Assembly: GCA_965153285.1 (NCBI GenBank)
Contig: OZ229111.1
Origin: Podarcis tiliguerta
Taxonomy: Eukaryota
Reading direction: 5' to 3' (one strand)
Length of the DNA stretch: 64,000 bases
In this document: positions 1 through 12,810 of the stretch, piece after piece
Layout of the letters: every line of letters starts with the position of its first letter
Numbering within the stretch: position 1 is the stretch's first letter
Notes under the pieces: model-generated
The model's database searches: none
The model's input: the letters and a program-made list of their open reading frames with translations, nothing else
What the model was told of the DNA's origin: nothing
Position numbers and translations under genes: made by a program

Positions 1-592
1 CAATCCATTCTAGGTACAGACTTGATGGAAACTTCAAGTCCACCAACTGAAAGAGCCACAGACAACCCGATAGGCATCTCTGCAGCCATTGAAAACATAG
101 GATCTGCAAACTGTTTGTCAGGTTGATCTAGACATGTTATTGTCATGTGGGAGGGAGGATGATTATACCCATTAACTAAGAGAGACTCAGGAGGGTGGTG
201 GGCTCTGCATCTTCTGATGTGGAAAGCAATGAGAAGCAGCTTTGTGCCATGCAGAAAGGTTAAGAGGTTATTAAGGCTACTTCTGTCATTTTGCTAAGCT
301 AAGCCGCTTAACTTTATCAAGCAAGCTTTCGACTAGAGCAACCTACACAAACATTAATGTTAATAGCTGGGAGTTTAACATCCTTGACTCATGAAGGACC
401 TGTGCTCTTATCTAGCAGAGTCTTCTCATGCTCCCACACTTTACAGAGTGCAATTGGAATTGCACAGAACCACTTTTGCAATTACAAAAGCTCATTACTT
501 GTACACATTGGTATTTAATTGGATTCTACTCTGAGTCTGAGTGTTTTGGTGTAACATACACATCAGTTTTCTTCCTTGCCAATAGCCACTTA

Positions 593-932
593 AAAGGTAA
601 AGGGACCCCTGACCATTAGGTCCAGTCGTGGCCGACTCTGGGGTTGCGGCGCTCATCTTGCTTTATTGGCCGAGGGAGCCGGCGTACAGCTTCCGGGTCA
701 TGTGGCCAGCATGACTAAGCTGCTTCTGGCGAAACCAGAGCAGTGCACGGAAACGCCGTTTACCTTCCCACCGGAGCGGTACCTATTTATCTACTTGCAC
801 TTTGACGTGCTTTTGAACTGCTAGGTTGGCAGGAGCAGGGACCAAGCAACGGGAGCTCACCCCGTCGCAGGGATTCGAACCGCCAACCTTCTGATCGGCA
901 AGTCCTAGGCTCTGTGGTTTAACCTACAGTGC
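593..932 (-). mobile_element. Sauria SINE (Squam1-type), slightly 5'-truncated
   Basis: (ACCTTT)-type tail seen as aaaggtaaaggg on +; Pol III B box GGTTCGAATCC (871-881, - strand); body clearly homologous to the copy at 32320-32663; CpG-rich. Confidence 0.9.
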
Positions 933-3900
933 TATGTGTGTGTGTGTTTTTTTACTAGAACTAACATAGTATATTAATAATGAGCAGGAAGTTACATAAA
1001 ACTTTTATTTAGGTATGAGCAGTTCCTAGTAGTAAAAAATCTTATTTTCCTCGCTTTGCTGTGGGGAAGTTGTAGAATTTATAACATATAGAGTGCAAAA
1101 TATGGTATGTTATTTTGTTATGGGTCTTTTAAAAACATTTGCATCATTAAAGCTCCATTCAACTTGAAATTGCATTGTGCCAGGATTGCTGTTAAAAACA
1201 TATTTTTCAAGCTAGATATACTCTTAGGAGTAAGATATGGAGAAATATAGAACACATTACTACATACAGTATTTAAAATTGTGGAGAAAGAGGTTGATTT
1301 ACATTGAAATGATAGAATCTTTAAAGCTTGAAATGTGGCAATTATGTCGCACGTTCTGTGGATATGTAGGATTATGCCTATATTATATTTTGTTGCACAA
1401 GTGATGTTCCTCCATTCTGGAACACGGAATGTCTTAATATTCTTCCACAACAGTTGCTGGAGAACTAAAGATTCTTCTGTGCATATTTAAATTCTTGGGC
1501 TAATTCCCATTTGAAAATGCCAGGGGTGTTTAGGGTGATCATATGACTGTCCCAGTCTCTTTAGGAATCTTTCATCTCCCCATCTACAGAAGCTTGAAGG
1601 GCTCTTCTTTATATTGCGTCAGCAGATGCTTTCTTGTTTAAGCAAAAGAAAATTCTTTTGCCCAGTCATCACAGTAGCAACAGTTTGTAGCAAAGCTGGG
1701 ATAAACCAGACTAATATTCACCCAGCACTTAAGCGAAATGTTTATTTGATGCATCAAAGCTCCTTGCTGACTTTACTTTCTGTTTGTTTTCTTGAATTCT
1801 ACATTAGAACTTTTTTGAAGTTGCAGAAGAGAGAGTTTTATTCTGATTCCATGCAGAGAAAGTCCAGACAGACCATTCTCACTTACATCATGGAAAAAGC
1901 CCAAATAATCAACATTCCTCTGTATTCCTTAGATACTGTAGCTTTTAATGAGAAATATTGGGGGGAAATGGAAGTTCAATTTCTGCCTTTTAAGGCATTT
2001 TGCAGTGCAGTCTTACACATTCCTACTAAATATAAAGCTCAGTTTTCAGTGATGGCTTACTCCCAGGGAGGTGAGTATAGGATTTCAATCTTGGGTCTTA
2101 AACCACAGTCCTTTATCAATTTACTTGGGAGTAAGCCACCAATAAACTCACTGGGGTTTACTTATGGGTGGACAGGATTGCCTTAAATTAGAAAGCTATT
2201 ATTCCCATTCTGCTCTTAACATTCAGAAAAGCTTTTAGGAAGCATCTTATTTTGTTATCATGGCTAGCATTTTGATAGTTAACACAGCAAAGATACAGAC
2301 ATTGAACATGTTAAGGACATTGCCACAGTACTGGAATGAGTAATACAGCAGGGCTAATGAAATACCATTTTTATACATGTATTGATAAATCACTATGAAA
2401 GGTTTGAATGCAAGAGTTAATGTGCTACTTAAACATTTTTTTTAACCCTCTGTAGTGGTAAAAATTGTTTTTATCTAAAAGCTTGCAGGTATAATCCTTT
2501 CCCACTTGCCAAAGAAACTTCTCGTATTATGCATCTCTTGAGCCACAGTCCTTACATAGCACACTAACAAATTGGGACTTGCCTAGGATAACTCACCCAA
2601 AGATTGAACTCTGTATTAGATTATACTTTCTTTTGATCTCCAAAGAAGCTACTGCCATTCCTTAATCATCTATTTTTGTTCCTGTTTTATATTGACCTGT
2701 CATTCCACAGAGATCATCTGCAGAAGCTCTCTATGTGAAGCAAAGTGGGTGGCAACCCAAGAGATGGTTGTGATGCCATAACTTTAGCATTCCCCCTGCA
2801 GAGAGGTTGGCTTGGTTGGTGCCTACATTGAACCAGCTCAGATATCCCAGTGGGCCATGATTTATTGTGATGGATGTGAGCCACAGGGAGCATTAGGCTC
2901 ACATGCTCCCTCTCCTCCTCTGGAATGGCTGTGAGGAGATAAAAAAAAAACACCCCTGTGGTTTTGGTTAACCACAGCTTAGCATTGTTTCTGAACATGA
3001 GAGTTCATTGTTGGTCTTAATTATGGTTTGTTCAGCTTCAAAGCCCAATGCTTGAAGTTGACTGATTTCAAGCAAACCATTGTTAATATTAGGGACAGTT
3101 TGTTGGGTCTGAATGAAACAACAAAGGGCAGGTAATAACAGATTAAAACAAAAACTTCTAATCGCCTTCTCATGGCTGAGCTGGAGGAGAAGTGGGGCAG
3201 AGTACATGAGCCCAAAGCTTTATCCATTTGTTCCTATCACAATAAACTATACATTAGTTTAATATGACAGCTGATTCAGCTCACTGCTGTATGATTCCCA
3301 TTCCATCCTTTTGGAAAACCCATGGGGCTAGGATGTTTTCCCTAGTGGAGTGTGGGGGAGGGGGAGAGTGGTGAAAAACCATTGTGGGATGACCATATTA
3401 ATGCATCTTAATAGCTTTTTCACCTGGGAATAGATAAAATATGCTGCCATAGTTAAATTATAATAAAAATGGGTTTAAGCTTGCATTGTAAGGAAGTCTG
3501 CTATATGTTTGGGCTCAGCCATTTCACTGTAATGACTTACATATCGTTTACAGCATTGTACTTCCTACAGCTGATAAACTTGGTGTGCAACATTGCAATG
3601 AATGGGTAAGACTTGTTTTGACTTAAAAAGCTGGCTGAGAGTCAGAATTGACGTTGCTGGATTATAAGCAACATGCCAGCCTATCATTTTGTGATGTTTC
3701 AGTGGCTTTGTAGATAATGATACCCCTTTATGGTTTGGAGCTAATTTCCCCTTATCTAAATTAGCTGATTGCTTGCTCTTCATTGACAGGTGGATCTTGT
3801 CTCACTATGCTCTGAGATTCCCCTTTGACATTCATTTCACCTTTTCTTCCTTAAAGCTTTTTGGTCCCCCTCAATGAGCTATCTTAGTGCACGTTTAATT

Positions 3901-6122
3901 ATCACCTTCTCTGCTTTGCCACTTAAATATGGTACTTATATTGTGTTTCATAACCAGACAACAGGATATCATCCTAAAGATGTTGTGTGTGTGTTAAATG
4001 TTCCTTGGGGATTGCTATTGCAACAAAAGAATCCAGACACTTCTTTCTGTGATTAGACTTCAAAGCAGCTATATTAGGTCATGTGCATAACATAACATTG
4101 GGCATCAAAACACAACTTCAGTACTTAAGATTTCTTCTCTTTTATTTATTGAATGTCTCAAAGAATTCCCAACTATTTCCTGCAATCCACCTAAAACTAA
4201 ACAAGACCATACCGAATCATCTTGAGGATAATCCACAGAATATGTCTCTTCTGATTTCATGGCCAATATTATCTTTAGTTATTGCTCAATATTGCTCATA
4301 ATTTATTAGCCATCTGTTCTTTGTGGCGTAAGTTCACACACCATCTACAATCTGCTATCCCCCTCATCCCTCATCCATCGTCCTTTGTGGCATCATCTAT
4401 GGTTGACAGTAGATAGCACTCATTTTCTGACTTGTTCATTTAGATTAATTGTTCCTCTCATCTCCTTATTAGGTAGCCTGAGAGAGAGTGTTCTGGATTT
4501 CCAGAAGGAGCTGAAATACTTGCCAGTTTGCATGGGGTGGGTTAGAGAAACATTTGCTGAATAATCCCCTATACTGAACCTCATTCAAAAAGGAGGCCCA
4601 TAATATATAGGCAGAGCGTATGTACTTCAGGTGCCCTGTCTTGGATAGCTTGAAAGTCAGTGGGATAGGTGGTATTGAACAGCTCTAGAGAATAAAGGGA
4701 AGGCATGCAGGTATAATCTGAGCAGCTGTCCCAAGCACAAACTGCAAAATGTACTAGTTGACCTCTCAGCTAATGTTTGGACTTCGAGATTTGTTTTATG
4801 GTATAAGATACGTACTGGTATAAATCAGGGAAGAGTGCTGCAAACTATTGGAGACAGGAGCATACACAATTCCTTTAATTTGTTTGGATAAAGTGGTTAA
4901 CTTCAATCAGGGAAATGGAGGGGGCAGTGGTGGGGACTCAAGACGTCAGACTGAATCAACCATACAGCTTTATGGGGAAATGTTTGGAACTGAACGTGTC
5001 ACTGCATTTTGAAAAGAACACCAATAAATTACACACATGTGAAGCCACCTCAGTTGATTCTGGAATGTAGCATCTGTGGGGGTTTTGTTTTTTTGTTTTT
5101 TTTAATATGGTAAGGGTACCTGATTACAAAATGTGTGAGAAGATGCCATGAGTTGGCTAATACCTTGAATACATGGCTTTCTTTCTAATGTACGTAGTTT
5201 TTAGTCTTCAGTCTGTTTTGTAGCTTGTGTGCCTATTACCAGCTAAAAACATAGCTTCTCAATTTGGATTGAAGCTGGTTTGGAGCAAAATGCAATGTTT
5301 CTTAAGAAACAACACAATAAATAACCACCCATGGCAGTGCGCTGGATGCAGAGTAAACAGGAGTGTGTACACAGCCTTGCTCACTGGTTGGATGTTCCCT
5401 TTTTACACCCAAGGTCTCGCAGCATGCAAATTATTCTAGCCCATTGATTATTCATACATTTTAAAAATGTTTTCTGAAATTACCATTGTAATGTTGATAT
5501 CAAGAGTCCTCAAATACTTAGATAATGTTAGGTCTCTGCAATTATTTTTTTTGTTTGAAAATGTAAACCCTAATGTGACTGGTGATGATGATTCATTTGG
5601 AAGATTATATAACATCCCTGTTCGTATTCTAAAAATCTGCCTGCAAATCAGTTCCAATCAAAGTTTCCAATCAAAGATGGAAATGAACATTTTGCTATTT
5701 GGCAGCACTCATGAATTAAACTAGTTCTGTGTCAGCAGGGCCTGTTGCATCATTGCCATAAAGGCGAGGGGCTCTCCGCTCCATTCTTCCCTTTGTGTGT
5801 CTGTTTGGTGTTTTAGTTGCCTGAGTCCAGATTCATAATTAGAATAAGAGGCTGGTATGATTGGGAGCACAAGGTGGCAAGGTATGTGATGGGTGTGAGT
5901 CATGATGAAAAGAAAGCTGCCGCAATATTCATTATTATTTATTATCCAATAGGACAGGGCAAAAAGGAGAGGGGGCACTATTCATGGAACACTTGTGAGT
6001 TTGCAGCCTTTATATTTTTAGATGATTACCCACACTGTATTTTGCCACTGCCAGTTTCCCTCACCCCCAAATGCCTTCCTTAATTTTCAGAGAATTTTTA
6101 CCTTGAGGGGACACACATCTTT

Positions 6123-6290
6123 GGGGTGAACCAGATGCAGAGGAGGGCAGTGACCTATGACCTTTCATGGCTGTGTAAAAGAGGCAGTTTTATCAGGATC
6201 TGTTTTCTCAGCAAGTCTCACCTGCTGAAGTCTGTCTTACAATCATGAAAGACTGAAGGAGCCCAGTCTCCTTTCGCATGTGGTTTCCCT
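6123..6290. mobile_element. Palindromic hAT-Blackjack-like MITE
   Basis: gggtgaaccagatgcagaggag pairs with ctcctttcgcatgtggtttccc. Confidence 0.55.
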
Positions 6291-8062
6291 GAAAGAGGCA
6301 TGTAACTCAATGTCAAATTTCAATCTATCCTTACAGCTCACCCCCCCCCCCAATAGTCTTTTGCTTCCTATTCGTTCTCTGAATGAGCGGATTACTTCCT
6401 CCTCCTCTTTTTGGGACTCCTAAATGGAATCTGATTGTGTCAAGACCTTTTTCCTAGACTGCTTGAATATGGGTTACAGCCACCCAGGAGAAATCCCCAC
6501 CCCAATACCATGATAATTTAGCAGATTACAGTTGCAGGAAGCTTTTTTTTTTGCAGGATTGTGTGAGATCAGGTTCATATACTGGATAAAACTATACCTT
6601 ACTGTAGAAAGGTCATTCAGAATGCTTCCATTTTAGTGTTGTCTAAAGCATCAGCTTCTTTAGTTTCATAATTGGATTTATCTATTTACTGCTTTTGTTC
6701 TGCTTCTTTCTGCCAGGATTACGTAGTTGTGGTTTTATTTTATTTCTGCAAGCGCCAGTCTGCTGAGCAGTTGTCCTCTTGCTGCAGTGTTGCAATCTCT
6801 GTCGGGGAATGTTCTGCAAGAAGGCAGCCTTCCACTCACAAGCTGTTCATTGTCCACTTGTTGCATCTCATGAAGCTGGCTCCTGGTTAAGCCTGGTGCC
6901 ACAATCCATTTGCCAGCCTTTAAGGTGCTCTTCAAGGACTCTTATGTTGGTATTTGTCACAAAAGGAACCACACAAAAACTTTATATTCTCCCATTTCTC
7001 ATTTTATTCTTAACCTGAAAATGAAGGCTTAATTTCAAAGCAATGTGTAATGCTAATGAGATCGCAATTGGTTTCGTCACAAAATCTAAGACGATAGCAT
7101 AGGCCCAAAGAAGTGAATTACTCTCAAGAAATGCAGATGCTGTAACAGTGGACGTAATCCTATTACAATCTCCAGGCAGAATAATTTCCATTGTGTCTCA
7201 GCTTTTTGGAAAATATAAATTGCTTTACTTTGCCTCTGAGTACCTGTTGAATGTGAGTTTGACAAGCCAAAGATTAATGAAAAAATACCCAAGGTTTTAA
7301 ACTGGAAAGAAGGGCACAATGAAGTAATTCTACCCATGTTTATCTTCCTTGCCTGATATTTAAACAGTGTGGTTACAAGGCCATTTTTTAAAGTTTGTGA
7401 TTTATGTCTGTTTTGTACGCAAGGCCCTGACTCTAATCTTAATCAATTACTCAATTTACAGGGGACGAACAGAAAGTTACCCTTGATCTTTCAATAAAAG
7501 GGGCACTACCACACTTCAAAAAGTTGGCTACATATTAGTAAGGACAGAGAGGCTTGAACTTGGTGAAGTGGTGTAGTGGAGAATGGGGAACACTAAGATA
7601 AATACACAGTTCAGTAGTTGGTATGGACAAGGGGAACCTATTTTAAGTTTTCCTGTGCAAACTTTTAAGGAGTTACTATTTCACCCTTGCTGGCATACAG
7701 AAACAAACAAATGGGTTGGGGGATGGGACATCACACTTGTGGAACACATGTCTCACAGTATCCCATTCTCATTTTGCTATAAAGTGAAAGGCTGCAGACC
7801 GCAACCGTATTCTCACTTGTTGTCTTTGCCAATACCACATATCACATCACAGCCAATAAATTTCTGTATAAAGCCTTACTAAGCTTCTTGAGGACCATTC
7901 CTGAGACTGCCCCTGCTCCTCAACCTTACCTGTAAACCCTTCTACCCTATAGCCCCACTGATGAACTAGCAACTGGGGAGTTGCTCATGAGGACTCCTTT
8001 ATTGTTTGGCTTTGGTGTGAGAGGAAAGCAGGAGCTAAATTGTGAGTGGGTATAAGGCTAGA

Positions 8063-8063
<1 letters not shown>

Positions 8064-8102
<39 letters not shown>
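8064..8102. repeat. (TG)n microsatellite
   Basis: About 19 perfect TG units. Confidence 0.98.
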
Positions 8103-8107
<5 letters not shown>

Positions 8108-8119
8108 GGGAGATGGAAT

Positions 8120-9815
8120 AACCTTTAACCTACTGTCCAGCAGTTTGAATGGCTGAGGCGGTTTTGGGAAAAACTAGGGCAGTTGTATTGAACGGTTTTC
8201 AGCATCTACTCTGAGAGAATCGCATTCCCATTGGCTGAGCTGGCTTGGGACTTTTTGGCTGCTATTGCAATCATGGGGTTGTTGACATATCACTGGCCAA
8301 ATAATCCATGAAGAAGGACATACGATTAAGCTGGTCTTTTCTAGCAGGTGGCTGGTTGATGGTTTGGTGGTGTTTAATTACCTTGTTATCATGGACTGAT
8401 CATTTCCTGGTGAGGTTTAATGTTTGTGGTGCTTGGTGCTCATTGCTCCCTGCAGGGGTGGAGGACCAGTTAGGACCATCCTCTCGTGGAAGGTTTTTGT
8501 TTTGTTTTAATTAGGAAGATTATTGAACACTTTGGGAAATTGGGCAGTTGGCATGGCTGGCACCCCTATCAAAGCCCTGGTGTCACTGTGGAATAGTGAG
8601 ATGAAAAGGGCCAGTGGCACAGTTGTTCACGAGTGCTCTCTCCAGCATTGTGGATCCTGGATGGCTCTGTGGTCCTCAGGAAAGCTCTGAGTGATGGAGT
8701 AAGCCAAGTGACTGCTGGAGTACAGGTGGCACAAGTATTACAGTGAAAACAGCTGAACACATAATCATGCCACCTGTGGGGCAGTGAAGAAAGTTTTCTT
8801 AACTCTTACTTGAGTAGCTTTCTAGCACAGCTTTGTGGGCTTGTGGGAATGTGGGATCTTCCCCTAAGGGGAGTAGCCTAGAATGCACAAAAGCCTGCTG
8901 TGACTAATTTGCAAGGCACCTTGAAAAGTCCCTCACGTTCTGCTGGAGCTTAATGCCACAGATATTGTGGATCAGCTGGAGATGTCAAGTCTGGTTGTTT
9001 GGGATCAATTTCAGTAGCTAAAGCTAGATAACTGTGGACAAGGTGTTTGAATTTTTTTGGCCTACCACATGCAATCCTGACCTTCCTGTCATATAAGGGT
9101 TGGGGTTGGGGGTTGCCTGGGTTAGGCTCAAGAGCTGTAAATGCCATTTTTGTGAGAGACAACTGTAATTTGCCTTTAAAGGAAGTGGTGGTGTGACCCC
9201 TTTTCAAGACACCTTCCCTGGATCCAGAAGCAAGTGACAACTACTGCCAGTTGCAAACATTTCCTTTTGGGGAATGGTTATTATCAAGAGAGTGGTGTCT
9301 GTGCAGCGTCAGGAGTCTTTGGAGGAAGCCGATTATCTAGATCCATTTCAGTCTGGCTCCAGGCCAGATTTTGGCATTGAAATGACTTTGGTGGCCTGTA
9401 TCAGGGAGGACAAAGAGAGTTTGAGCTTGCTTAATTCTCCTTGAGTTCTTGGCAGCTTTTGATACCATCAATTATAACATCCTCCTGAACCATCTCAGTG
9501 GATGGGAGTAGGGAGCACACAGTTATAGTTGTTCCATTTCTACCTGCAGGACTGGTACCAGAAAGTAGTAATGGGCGACTTTAGCTTAGCCCCATGGCAG
9601 TTGTGCTGCCTGCCCCCCCCCCCCATGCTGATTAAACTCTTATTCTTTAGTTATTAGATTTCTAGTCTAACTTTCTTCTCTAAGGAACTGTTGAGAACAT
9701 TTGTTAAGGGGTTTGGAGTGAAGTTTCACCGTTATGCAGATGACACCCAGCTCTGTTTCCCCTTGTCATCTGAACGGGGGGAAGATGTGCAGTTGCTTGG
9801 TCAATGTTTGGCCTC
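8120..9815 (+). mobile_element. Decayed L2 LINE (endonuclease and RT remnants)
   Basis: Endonuclease end motif LSWTDHFLVRF (~8385-8420); RT remnants YLDPFQSG and AAFDTI; FHRYADDTQL at ~9724-9753; many stops and frameshifts. Confidence 0.85.
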
Positions 9816-10842
9816 TTGTCGTGGTGTTTACCTCTGTTCAAGAGAAGGCCTCATTAGTTCAGTAGGCCCTAACTGTTTAACTAAGGTAACCCCCCTTTTG
9901 AGTTGTGACTCATTGGGTCTTCTGCCTCTTGACTTGGAAATGTCTTGATTCAACACATGTGGACATCTATACCCCGGGCACTTTTTCATATTATCTTCCC
10001 TTCCCTTACACTGATTCATCCTTCTGATCCAACTTTGGAAGTAACTTTTTAAGGGTTCTGAGAGTGATTTATGTATTTTATATGCAAAGTCTTTGTTCAG
10101 TTGGGCATGCAAACAAAGAATGACAGCTGCAAAGTAGGCAGTTTTTAAGTAAACAAGTAAGTGCATATTAATTTTCATGAACTTCTGAGAAGATCTCTCT
10201 CTGTGTAGAACTATCATAATTGAGGATAATTGTCCTCACACTGCGTTGCACTTCTGGTATTTTGTGTTATTGCACAATGTGACAAGACTTGTAGTGGTGG
10301 TAATGAGGGGAGGTTTCAACTAATGTGCAAAACCTCTAGAAAAATGTAATTTCCTCAGCATACCTGTGCATAGATGTAGATTCTGGGTGTTCTGGCTCAA
10401 TAAGAAATAGTATAAGCATCTCTGCATTTGAAGAAGAAAAAAGCTAATCAAGAGCTCACTTTTAAAGATTTTGTCCTTTGAATAAAGCATGTACCAAATT
10501 ACTATGCTCTCCGTTGGCTTCCTTGCACAATCTCTCCTCCTCCCCGCCCCCATCACTGCCTCATGAATTATGGGATCAGCCTATGCCTTCTGGAACTGGA
10601 GCTAGGAGGTAGTCACAGGATTTTTGTATGCCTCTTGTTTGAGATTCCTATTTCACATGCTTGCTTAGGTGCATGTTTATACAGTGCAAAGCAACAGGCA
10701 CCAAAGCTATTGCTTGTATACTGTCTTATATTTGGGGCAGCTGAGTGTGGGGAAAGTGTATATTTTCTAAGAAAGGTGAATTTAGCCTATGAAGCGTCCC
10801 CTATATTGAGTCAGAGGCCATTAATCCCTCTAGCTCACTTTT

Positions 10843-11150
10843 GTCTATTTATTTGATGCCTGTAAAATATCTAAAAGTGATTTCCCAGCAAGAACATCAG
10901 GAATGAAACAATTTAAAACAATTCCATATGCAAAAAACAAACTCATATGTAAAAACGATAAAAAACCATTCCGTGCATAAAACAATTTAATATGTAAAAC
11001 CATTTTCAAACCCACTACAGATTTAACCTGGGAGAAATATCTCCATGTAAAAGGCTTGTTGAAAACCCCAGAGGCACAATAGCAACAGCACCTGTCTGAT
11101 GTGTAATGGGAAGGAGTTCTAAGGGGCAGGTGCCACCGCAAGCCCAGTTC
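10843..11150 (-). mobile_element. L2 LINE 3' end fragment
   Basis: aataaata tail on -, T-rich 3' UTR, and aaaggcttgttgaaaa...gggaaggagttctaaggggcaggtgccacc typical of the squamate L2 ORF2 end. Confidence 0.6.
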
Positions 11151-12028
11151 TCCTATCCAACAGAATACAACTACTGATAGGATGGTATCTGCAGGAGGAC
11201 TCTCCTGCAGAGTGCAGCAGTTGTTGTTTTTTTATGAAAAATACCCATTCTTCCACTGAGAAGAGCACACAAATGCTGCAGAAAAGGTGAAAGAGAAGAC
11301 AGATCAGTTTTATGGAAGGCAAAGGAGCCTTTGAGACCTGCATTCAGTAGTAGTGGTCAATACACTGGGGAACATTCTATCCTTACACTCCCTCCCTGCT
11401 GTAGGCACACAACTAAGTCCTCCCAGTGGTGTGGAGCCAGTGGGACCAATTGTTCCTTAGCTCTGGTATTTTAAGCCCTGTATACATTTGACTGTAAGCT
11501 GTGCATTCCTTAATAAGAGAATTTTTTGCTGAGGATATTAGCAGCATTTGGGGGATGACGTAAGTGAAGTATGTTACTAGAACATTTCTTAGCCTCTGAA
11601 GTATATTCTGTTCCTTATGTTTTCCTGTGCCTCTTGCAGAGCCTGCCAGGATCTCCCACTTATCTTCTGCTCGATGTATCATCTGTCCTTGTAAATGCTT
11701 ATCGGAGCTTTTGATCCTTCAAGGACACTTTGATTAGGTTTTTGTGTACAGATAACTCAGGCCATAATTTTCCAAACGAAAGTTTTCACTCCCTTTTAAG
11801 CGATGACAGAGATGTTATTTCCTGATGGGCAGGTGATGGTTTTGTGAACTCTGAACTCCTCCACCTTCAGCTAATGATGGTGTGGTGTAGCCAGTCATAA
11901 AGATAGGTATTAGATGAGAGGATAAGGTGGCTGATGCTCTCATTCTGCTTGGCTTGAGGACAGAGCAGCAGTTCTTAACAGTGCAATCCTGCAAATGTTT
12001 GTTCGGAAGTAAGTCCTGTTGTTTTCAT

Positions 12029-12360
12029 GAGTGCTGGATTAAACCCTGTGGAGGACCGACCCTAGGCAGTTCAAATCTTGGGGGGGGGGGGGGGCTCGCA
12101 AATTATCTCAAAGCTTCTACTTGGCTACTTGCGAATATTCTACTAGGATCTGGAGTTGGCGGGAACTCGCGACACACACAGAAAGGTTTGTATCTGGAGG
12201 TTTCTCATGCGTGTGCTCTAGTTGGATAACATTGAACTAAGAAAGTTTGATTGTAATTTCCTTTCAAGATCAAATCAATACTATTTTGATCCGTTGTTGC
12301 AGCGCCTCTAGAAAGGCGTGGGGCCGGTGCCTACTCTGCCTTTTTGGTAATCCAGCACTG
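12029..12360. mobile_element. Non-autonomous hAT (Tip100-like) DNA transposon, 332 bp
   Basis: TIRs agtgctggatta / taatccagcact; perfect 8-bp TSD GTTTTCAT at 12021-12028 and 12361-12368. Confidence 0.88.
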
Positions 12361-12599
12361 GTTTTCATTGAGGCTTACCCTCAGGTAAACGGCTTTAGGA
12401 TTGTAACCTCTATTCTTTTTCTAAAATTGAAGTAGCCACCCACCCGATGTCATTGTGATGTCAGGTTACATATTTTCTCTTGCCTGCACACATCCTACCT
12501 GACGTTGCATACAGGGAAGATGGGCGTAGGGAATTAGGACCCTGGAATTAAGGCTGTGGGTTGGAGGTTCCCCATTGCTGTTCTAAACTAATCCCCCTC

Positions 12600-12810
12600 A
12601 AATATTACAACATTTCCTCATAGGAAAGTTTTTCCAGCCCCCTCATAACTTTGGTTGTCGTTTTCCAGTTCCGCAATGTCTTCTTTGAGGTGCAGCAACC
12701 AGAATAAACTAAAATCACAATAAACCAAGTGGGATTACACCATAGATTTGTATGAAGAGTGGTTTTGTTTTCAGTTCCTTTCCTAATGATCCCTGGTATG
12801 AAAACTGTTC
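12600..12810 (-). mobile_element. CR1 LINE ORF2 3' fragment
   Basis: cctcataggaaagtttttccagccccctcataactttggttg...ttctttgaggtgcagcaaccagaa is the reverse complement of the CR1 ORF2 C-terminal region (FWLLHLKEDIAELE-like). Confidence 0.65.

Noticed and set aside
1614-2186. 190-aa ORF on +
   Set aside because: Non-ATG start, no recognisable domain, and its 3' third runs through two copies of the 90-bp palindromic repeat; treated as chance.
7953-8000. CTGATGA followed by hairpin agcaact-gggg-agttgct (hammerhead-like)
   Set aside because: No GAAA after the stem and no stems I/III; core incomplete.
12150-12345. CpG-rich stretch ending in a T run, considered as a Pol III ncRNA or NEURL1B promoter
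   Set aside because: Lies wholly inside a TIR/TSD-bounded hAT element.
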